Positions 52,075 through 64,000 of a stretch of 64,000 nt of DNA are shown piece by piece; positions within the stretch are counted from its first letter, which is position 1; each line of letters starts with the position of its first letter. The notes under the pieces were generated by a model that saw nothing but the letters and a program-made list of their open reading frames with translations, was not told where the DNA came from and did no database searches. The stretch is from assembly GCF_009914755.1 (NCBI RefSeq), contig NC_060946.1; one strand, 5' to 3'. This DNA is from the human T2T-CHM13v2.0 reference genome, Homo sapiens. Both the position numbers and the translations under genes were made by a program.

Positions 52075-52212
52075 ATTTTTTTTGTTTATTTTAGTTTTCT
52101 TCACCTACATTAAGGAGTACAACATTATGTTTTGATATAATTATTTCTAGTGAAGTGGTTCTTATAATCAAGCAAATCAACATATTCATTTTCCCACATT
52201 ATTACCCTTTAA
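52075..52212 (-). mobile_element. Possible short old L1MA 3'-end fragment
   Basis: T-run then TTAAGGAGTACAACATTATGTTTTGATAT...ATCAAGCAAATCAACATATTCAT resembles L1MA termini. Confidence 0.5.
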
Positions 52213-52564
52213 ATACAAGTATTTCTAATGGAATCTTCAGAATCTTACAAGTAGAGCCATTTTAGAAGGCAGGAAGTTTTACCTGTTGAGCCATACATCA
52301 CTGATAGCCATTTCTCTTCCCTGTCTACTTTGTTTGAACTGCTTGTTCAGTAGAAATCACCTTAGAAACAATGGTGCTTCTTTAGAATGATTTTAAAATT
52401 ATAATTCCTTACAACAGGTATGCTCTTACACATCTTCTGTGTGAAAACACTATTTAGTGGGTAATTTGGTTTACTCTCAGGGTAAGTTTTTAAAAACTGC
52501 AAGTCATTAAGAATCATTTAAGGAAAAATGAAATACTAAGCATTTGTCTTTGCTATCTTTACAG

Positions 52565-52784
<220 letters not shown>

Positions 52785-53157
52785 GTTAGTTATATGACCG
52801 TTTCTCTTTAGGGTTTCATTTCTCTAGCGTAATTCTTGTTTATAATTTGGTGAAATACTGAGTTGTTCTGTTGACTTTTGCATGTGAAGTAAAGATCATA
52901 ATTAGCTGTGTTAACACAGAAAGGAAATGGGAACTTTACATTTTTTAATTCCCTGGAGCTCTCATTTTCAAGAGATATCCATTTGCTAACTTTATTCAAT
53001 AAATGTGACTAAACTGAGACGTTTGAAATGTCTTTAAAAGCTGCATTTAAGTTAGGTTTTAGAAATTGCATGTTATTGCCTGATAACTGATGATATACTT
53101 TGAGATGCTTTGGCTTACTCTCTAATTGATTATAGTTTAGCTGTGGTTCATACCACA

Positions 53158-53460
53158 TTTTTTTTTTCTTTTTTTTGAGGCAGTATCTCACTCTGTCACC
53201 CAGGCTGGAGTGTCTTGGTGCCATCTATCTCCACTCACTGCAAGCTCCACCTCCCGGGTTCAAGTGATTCTCCTGCCTCAGCCTCCTGAGTAGCTGAGAC
53301 TACAAGCACCCACCATTACACCCAGCTAATGTTTGCATTTTTAGTAGAGACAGGGTTTCACCATATTGGCCAGGCTCTTCTTGAACTCCTGACCTTGTGA
53401 TCTGCCTGCCTGAGCCTCTCAAAGTGCTGGGATTACAGGCATGAGCCACCGCACCCGGCC
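53158..53460 (-). mobile_element. AluS element (Sc/Sg-like)
   Basis: Poly-T, GAGGCAGTATCTCACTCTGTCACCCAGGCTGGAGTG...GAGCCACCGCACCCGGCC. Confidence 0.93.
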
Positions 53461-53488
53461 CATGTCACTTTTAAAGTTTCTTTGCACC

Positions 53489-53799
53489 AGCCAGGTGCAG
53501 TGGCTCATGCCTGTAATCCCAGCTCTTTGGGAGGCCGAGGCAGATGTATCACGAGGTCAGGAGTTCAAGACCAGCCTGGCCAAGATGGTGAAACCCCATC
53601 TCTACTAAAAGTACAAAAAAAAAAAAATATTACCCTGGTGCGGTGGTGGGCACCTGAAATCCCAGCTACTAGGAAGGCTGAGGAAGAGAATTGCTTGAAC
53701 CTGGGAGACGGAGGTTGCAGGAGCTGAGATTGCACCACTGCACTCCAACCTGGGTGACAGGGCAAGACTCCATCTTGAAAATAAAAAAAATTAAAAAAA
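53489..53799 (+). mobile_element. AluS element (Sg/Sx3-like) with TSD
   Basis: AGCCAGGTGCAGTGGCTCATGCC...A tail. TSD AAAGTTT[C/A]TTTGCACC at 53473-53488 and 53797-53812. Confidence 0.93.
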
Positions 53800-54388
53800 G
53801 TTTATTTGCACCATCTCACCGTATTTTGTATAGAGATACTTTGAGGCTCTGTAAATATCTGGTTACTCCTCAGAACCCACTAGATTTAGCATTTCATGGA
53901 TGACTTGTGTTTGAACAATTATTACTATGATGGTTGCCAGATGATTATTTTCTTATTCTCTTCTTTGTTCTACATGGAGAAATAAAACCAATAAATAAGG
54001 GAGAAGGAAAGCTCATGATTCTGATGCTCCAATTCCCCAAGATTAGGCCAGTAGTAGACATTCCAAGCTGACTTTATGTCTCTTTGATTTGTCTCCATTA
54101 CTCTGTCGGCACTTTTTTACTTTCTGGCAGAAGATGTTCTAAGCTCATCTTGTATTTTCTCTGCCCCAGCCCTGCAATGAGTAATTTTTTTTAGAAGCAG
54201 AGGTGGAGCCACTGAGGAAGCACAGGTGAGCCCTCCCCAGTGCCTACTCACTGGTCCCCAACAGAAGAACCGCTGCCGCATCCAAGAATGACACTGTAAA
54301 TGTAACAAAGCTTCCGTGCTTGTTAGTGAACACCAACTCAGCTCCTCTCCTGTATTCAGAAATCAGGATGAGATGAAAACAACAAGCA

Positions 54389-54706
<318 letters not shown>

Positions 54707-55094
54707 CAAAACTAACAAGGCTTGACACCAGATGAGCCTGAATCTAAGCAAGAAAAGCCCAGAAGAAATCCCATTTTGGGTCACTGGCTGCATTGTAGTA
54801 ATACCATACACATAAAGGAAGAGAGGAGGATGTGGCTTTCACTTTGAATTTTTTGAGCTTAAGGTAACTTTTGCCTAGCTACAAAGAAGCATTCAACAGA
54901 GAGTTAAACCTATGATGGAAAGACTGAAGAGGTCCAAGCTGTAGAGAAACAGGACTGCAAACCACAAAGGGCTGAATCAGTCAAGGAGAACTGCACGGCG
55001 GGATGAACAGGGACCAGTGGAACATTTGGATAAGCTGTTGAGAAGAAAGGAGAATTCAGAGAAAAAGAACTGTCAGTGAGGTCATAATAGGAAC

Positions 55095-55570
55095 TGTTAC
55101 AGTGAACTAAATATGGCCTGGGAAGGACTCTGTACTTCTAGACTTGAGTCCCTGTGGACAAACTGCAACCTAACTTAATAGGTAGAAAGACTGAAAACCT
55201 AACTTAGGAGTATGCACCTGTAACTATAGCTGAGTCCTGGCCAATCCCAACAGCCAAACTTCTGCCACTCACACACTGCTGAGTGTTCAGCTGTGTTCAA
55301 ATAAGGCAAATGCTGAGCACTGTAACCAGTCCAGTTGTTTCTGGACCACATTGCTGAGAATGGTAAGGGACCCAGTTGCTTCCGGACCTCACTCCTCACT
55401 CAGATTTCTGTACATCACGTTCCCTTTATTGTCTATAAATCTTCCACCATGTAGCTGTGCTGGAGTCTCACCAAATCTTCTGTGATTCTGGGGGCTGCCT
55501 GATTTGTGAATCATTCATTTCTCAATTAAGTTCCTTTAAATTTAATTCAGCTGAAGATTTTCTTTTAACA
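55095..55570 (+). mobile_element. ERV1 5' LTR (LTR54/MER57 group)
   Basis: TGTTA...TAACA inverted termini, 476 bp. CCAAT (~55241), TATAAA (~55434), ATTAAG/TTTAAA polyA region, immediately followed by a PBS. Confidence 0.82.
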
Positions 55571-55572
55571 GA

Positions 55573-55590
55573 TGGTGTCAGAAGTGGGAT
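55573..55590 (+). other. Retroviral primer-binding site, tRNA-Leu type
   Basis: TGGTGTCAGAAGTGGGAT, 2 nt after the LTR end, is complementary to ATCCCACTTCTGACACCA, the 3' end of tRNA-Leu(CAA) as I recall it. Confidence 0.8.
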
Positions 55591-55708
55591 CTGTGGGAGC
55601 AGGACTGCTAGGGCCTCCGGAGCTATAATGTGGTGAGCAGTGTTCCTAGGGCTTCTAATGACCCCCAGGAGTGCTGAAGTACAAGAAAGGCACCTGCAAG
55701 GACTGCTC

Positions 55709-56972
55709 TGTGATGGCAGCAGTGGCCCATGTGGAGCAGTTGCTACGGAGACACTGGCTGCAGTGAGGAGGAGTGGCTGGGGCTGTGCGCTCCTCGAAGC
55801 TGGTGGGAGTCAGGAAAGGGTGGGAGCCCCACCCCTTCTAAATTGGCAGGCAGGAGCCCCGCCCTCCCAGGCACAGCTGCAGCCATCCAGCCATGACTGC
55901 AAACCCGGGCATCTTTGCACTCTCAGAGGCCCAGCAAGCCCCCCTGCCCCCGCAGGCTCAGTTGTACCTGGTCCCACCACTTGGCGTCTCTCCACTCCCA
56001 GAGCCCACTCCAACCTCAGATCCAAGTTGAGGCTGAACCCAGGCACAGTCGGAACCCGGCCTGGTATGTGCAAGCTCAAGGCAGTGCTGACATGCCAGCC
56101 CCCTGCCACCTCAGCCCCCTCCAGACTTTGGGCACTGACGAGCACAAGAGGGAGGTTGAGGTGGGGCTAAGAGTGGCTCAGCACTGGCCTGAAGGCACTC
56201 CTCAGCTCGAACAGCCTCGGCAATGTGGGCACAGCTAACCACAGTGCATCTCTCTCAGCTGCTGAGAGCTGAACAGACGTTGGGATGACTTGCCTGCAGA
56301 AAGGAGCTACCGACTGCAGGTCTCCTCTGAGCTGAACTGTTGCTCAATAAAGCACCTCTTCACCTTGCTCACCTTCTACTTGCCCACATACCTCATTCTT
56401 CCTGGACTCAGGACAAGAACTCGGGACCTGCCAACTAGCAGGGCTGAAAGAGGTGTAACATAAACAGGGCTGAAACGCACCCCTTGCTTGCCAAATTGCA
56501 GGCAAGAAGAAGAGAAGAGAGAAGGAGACAAGAGCTGTGGCCCTTCAGGGAGCCCAGACCTAGGAGCTCCCCAAGCCAGGGCTATGATGCCTTCTTTGGG
56601 GTTCTGCAGTTCCTGCATCTCCAAGTTTCTGGGCGCCACTGCATTCCCTGATACCCACAGTGGAAGCTGTTTGCAGTCAGCCTGGTCCAGCTGCAGCCTC
56701 ACAGGGATCTGGCACCTGTGCCGGTGCCTGGAGCTGCCCACCCCACTGCAGCTGGCATGCTTGACTGTGTGCAGTGGCCAGATCCCATGCTTGCTTGCTC
56801 ACACACCCTTCACTGCTCTGTACCCAGATCACCCTTGGCAAGTGTGGGATCCAAACCACTAGCATGACCCGAGTGGACAGAACGAACCCAGTGGGCCCGA
56901 GCAAAACACAGGTAAAGGCACCACCAGCCAGAGGCTTCAGGCAGAAAAGTGATGTCTCAGGATTCTGTAACA
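55709..56972 (+). mobile_element. MER52-like long GC-rich LTR (ERV1) nested in the ERV leader
   Basis: TG(TG)ATGGCAGCAGTGGCCCATGTGGAGCAG start, TGTAACA end, ~1.26 kb. CTCAATAAAGCACCTCTTC polyA signal at ~56345. Abrupt GC rise. No clean TSD seen. Confidence 0.78.
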
Positions 56973-58299
56973 CTTGTGCCCTTTGATCTCTCAGAGCTGC
57001 TGGGGATCATGATAAATTCTTTCTCGGATTTCAGAGCTCCATGGATTTGTGTTTTGAGCTCTGAGTTTCTTTGAGCAAATTTCTGTTCCAAACTGCTATC
57101 CAGCCATGACTGGCTGGATGTTTTAGAAGTTATGACAGAAACGGGACCGGGTCCAGGATCAGATTTGATCCAGTAGTTAACTGGCTTGAATCCAGTTCCA
57201 GTTAGAGACCTCCTACATCTGAATGGGTCAGAAGGAAAGTGGTAGTAAATGATAATATTGTAGGGCTGTAAAATTTGGCTTTTGAAAATTCACAGGGATT
57301 TTTGTGTTCTACCCCTTTGTTTCATTTTCCTCACACGCTTAGGTAGGAAAAAAAATCATTGGCTAAGTCAATCAAGGGAACCTGGGAGTAAAGCCAATAT
57401 ATTAGGTAAAAATAGGATCCTTAATTTCTGGAAAACTTAGTTCCTTCTGGCTAATTCATTAGGCCTGGGAGGCAGCAAAGTCTTACAGAAATGGCAAAAT
57501 CTTACTAAAGTTAACTTACAGTGGAATATTCCAAATGAATAATGCCCTGAAGTGCATTTAAAAATGAGGGCTCCCAAATTAGTCTCATCTAGGGATGCCT
57601 ATTAATATGCAGAAGCTTCTAAAAAGATTTAGAGATGGCACGGCCTATCTGGGAGCAAGTTTGAGTCTTACCAGTTTGACACTGGGTGCTAAGCAAAGTG
57701 GCTCGTGTCTATGTTTTGTCACATGTATTTTGCTCTGAGCAGAATGAAAAATGTTAATTTGGTTACTCCAAGCAACCCCTTGGGCAACATCTTGCAAAGC
57801 TGAGTGGATTCTTCCTGTGGCTCCATGATTTCCATTGTGATGCAGCTTGGCCCCAGAGCTATAATGTGAGGAGGGTGACAGAGAAAGATGTTATCTTTAA
57901 AAAAAAAATGGCCAGAGGCAGTGGCTCACGCCTGTAATCCCAACACTTGGGGAGGCTGAGGCAGGTGGATCACCTGAGGTCAGGAGTTCAGGGCCAGCCT
58001 GAACAACAAGGAAAAACCCCGTCTCTACTAAAAACACAAAATTAGCTGGGCATGGTGGGGCACGCCTCTAATCCCAGCTACTCAGGAGGCTGGGGCAGGA
58101 GAATTGCTTGAATCTGGGAGGCAGGGGGTTGCAGTAAACCGAGATCGCGCCATTGCACTCCAGCCTGGGCAACAAGAGGGAAAATCCACCTCAAGAAAAG
58201 AAAATAATAATAGATTTGCCTATAAGGTTTTATGAAAAAGTGGGTGACATTTGGCTTTCTCTCTTTAAAGAAGATTTTCAGAAAATATTAAAAAATAAT
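56973..58299 (+). mobile_element. ERV1 internal sequence (MER4/MER57-int-like, non-coding), interrupted by an Alu
   Basis: Resumes after the nested LTR. Motifs such as TTTCTTTGAGCAAATTTCTG and ATTGGCTAAGTCAATCAAGGGAACCTG resemble MER4-group internals. No gag/pol ORF. Confidence 0.55.
57910..58212 (+). mobile_element. AluS element (Sq/Sx-like)
   Basis: GGCCAGAGGCAGTGGCTCACGCC...GGATCACCTGAGGTCAGGAGTTC...GGCAACAAGAGGGAAA, A-rich tail, preceded by a TTTAAAAA target. Confidence 0.92.
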
Positions 58300-59339
58300 G
58301 GGAGAAGGAGCCAAGCTGGCCGAATAGGAACAGCTCGAGTCTACAGCTCCCAGCATGAGCGATGCAGAAGACGGGTGATTTCTGCATTTCCATTTGAGGT
58401 ACTGGGTTCATCTCACTAGGGAGTGCCAGACAGTGGGCGCAGGACAGTGGGTGAAGTGCACTGTGCACTAGCTGAAGCAGGGCGAGGCACTGCCTCACTT
58501 GGGAAGTGCAAGGGGTCAGGGAGTTAGTTCCCTTTCCTGGTCAAGGAAAGGGGTGACAGACGGCACCTGGAAAATCAGGCCACTCCCACCCTAACACTGC
58601 GCTTTTCTGACGGGCTTAGGAAACGGCACACCAGGAGATTATATCCGGCACCTGGCTCAGAGGGTCCTATGCCCATGGAGTCTCGCTGATTGCTAACACA
58701 GCAGTCTGAGATCAAACTGCAAGGCGGCAGCGAGGCTGGGGGAGGGGCACCGGCTATTGCCCAGGCTCTCTTAGGTAAACAAAGCAGCCGGGAAGCTCGA
58801 ACTGGGTGGAGCCCACCACAGCTCAAGGAGGCCTTCCTGCCTCTGCAGGCTCCACCTCTGGGGGCAGGGCACAGACAAACAAAAAGGCAGCAGTAACCTC
58901 GCAGACTTAAATGTCCCTGTCTGACAGCTTTGAGGAGAGCAGTGTTTCTCCCAGCACACAGCTGGAGATCTGAGAATGTGCAGACTGCCTCCTCAAGTGG
59001 GTCCCTGATCCCTGACCCCCAAGCAGCCTAACTGGGAGGCACCCCCCAGTAGGGGCAGACTGACACCTCACACGACCGGGTACTCCTCTGAGACAAAACT
59101 TCCAGAGGAATGATCAGACAGCAACATTCACGGATCACGAAAATCCACGGTTTTGCAGACACCACTGCTGATACCCAGGCAAATAGGGTCTGGAATGGGC
59201 CTCTAGCAAACTCCAACATACCTGAAGCTGAGGGTCCTGTCTGTTAGAAGGAAAACTAACAAACAGAAAGGACATCCACACCAAAAACCCATCTGTACAT
59301 CACCATCATCAAAGACCAAAAGTAGATAAAACCACAAAG
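58300..59339 (+). promoter_or_regulatory. L1 5'UTR internal sense/antisense promoter region
   Basis: Canonical L1PA 5'UTR sequence with partial CpG decay. About 130 bp longer than the L1HS 5'UTR. Confidence 0.85.
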
Positions 59340-60355
59340 ATGGGGAAAAAACAGAGCAGAAAAACTGGAAACTCTAAAAAGCAGAGCACCTCTCCTCCTC
59401 CAAAGGAATGCAGTTCCTCACCAGCAATGGAACAAAGCTGGACAGAGAATGACTCTGACGAGTTGAGAGAAGAAGGCTTCAGATGATCAAACTACTCCGA
59501 GCTACAGGAGGAAATACAAACCAAAGGCAAAGAAGTTGAAAACTTTGAAAAACTTTAGAAGAATGTATAACTAGAATAACCAATATAGAGAAGTGCTTAA
59601 AGGAGCTGATGGAGCTGAAAGCCAAGGCTCGAGAACTATGTGAAGAATGCAGAAGCCTCAGGAGATGATGAGATCAACTGGAAGAAAGCATATCAGTGAT
59701 GAAAGATGAAATGAATGAAAAGAAGCATGAAGAGAAGTTTAGAGAAAAAAGAATAAAAAGAAATGAACAAAGCCTCCAAGAAATATGGGACTATGTGAAA
59801 AGACCAAATCTGTGTCTGATTGGTGTACCTGAAAGTGACGGGAAGAATGGAACCAAGTTGGAAAACACTCTGCAGGATATTATCCAGGAGAACTTCCCCA
59901 ATCCAGCAAAGCAGGCCAACATTCAGATTCAGGAAATACAGAGAATGCCACAAAGATACTCCTCGAGAACAGCAACTCCAAGACACATAATTGTCAGATT
60001 CACCAAAGTTGAAATGAAGGAAAAAATGTTAAGGGCAGCCAGAGAGAAAGGTCAGGTTACCCACAAAGGGAAGCCCATCAGACTAACTGCTGATCTCTCG
60101 GCAGAAACTCTACAAGCCAGAAGAGAGTGGGTGCCAATATTCAACATTCTTACAGAAAAGAATTTTCAACCCAGAAATTCATATCCAGCCAAACTAAGCT
60201 TCATAAGTGAAGGAAAAATAAAATACTTTACAGACAAGCAAATGCTGAGAGATTTTGTCACCACCAGGCCTGCCCTAAAAGTGCTCCTGAAGGAAGCACT
60301 AAACATGGAAAGGCACAGTCGGTACCAGCCACTGCAAAAACATGCCAAATTGTAA
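59340..60355 (+). pseudogene. L1 ORF1p, disrupted
   Basis: ATGGGGAAAAAACAGAGC start, TGA at 59484-59486, 1-nt deletion near 59550 and further stops. The C-terminal 219 aa are open (59696..60355, ...YPAKLSF...YQPLQKHAKL*). Confidence 0.93.
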
Positions 60356-60418
60356 AGACCATCAAGACTAGGAAGAAACTGGGTCAATTAACGAGCAAAA
60401 TAACCAGCTAACATCATA

Positions 60419-64000
<3,582 letters not shown>

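Noticed and set aside
52990-54000. AATAAA motifs (~52999, ~53981, ~53990) as the pseudogene polyA site
   Set aside because: AATAAA is common in this AT-rich DNA and there is no transcript evidence to choose among them.
55640-56986. ORFs of 70-176 aa on both strands
   Set aside because: They lie mostly within a GC-rich LTR where stops are rare, overlap in several frames and have no recognisable domain.

Overview
Primate (most likely human) non-coding genomic DNA with no intact protein-coding gene. Bases 1-~39842 are a single tandem array of about 620 copies of a purine-rich 64-bp monomer (GTCGCTGCATTTAGAAAGGAGGCGGGGTCAGAGGAATAGAAAGGGA[T/C]AGGGCTGAAGAACA[C/G]AG), and the array continues off the left edge. 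Its unit length and nearby AluSx3-type element fit the WaluSat satellite described in T2T-CHM13 acrocentric short arms; this match is from memory and was not searched. Rare variant monomers show nested higher-order duplications of 12, 59-63 and 129 monomers, plus a match 401 monomers apart. The right part (39.8-64 kb) holds five spliceable but disabled 3' exons of an ANKRD18/ANKRD20A/ANKRD26-family gene on the + strand, so the satellite appears to sit in an intron of that pseudogene. The exons are interspersed with Alu, old L1 and LTR fragments, and are followed by a nested ERV1 remnant with a tRNA-Leu PBS and a near full-length, mutated L1PA3/PA4 that runs off the right edge. I found no evidence of a wholly new biological system. 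The most interesting signals are the satellite's internal architecture, its intronic origin and several fine-scale insertion signatures.
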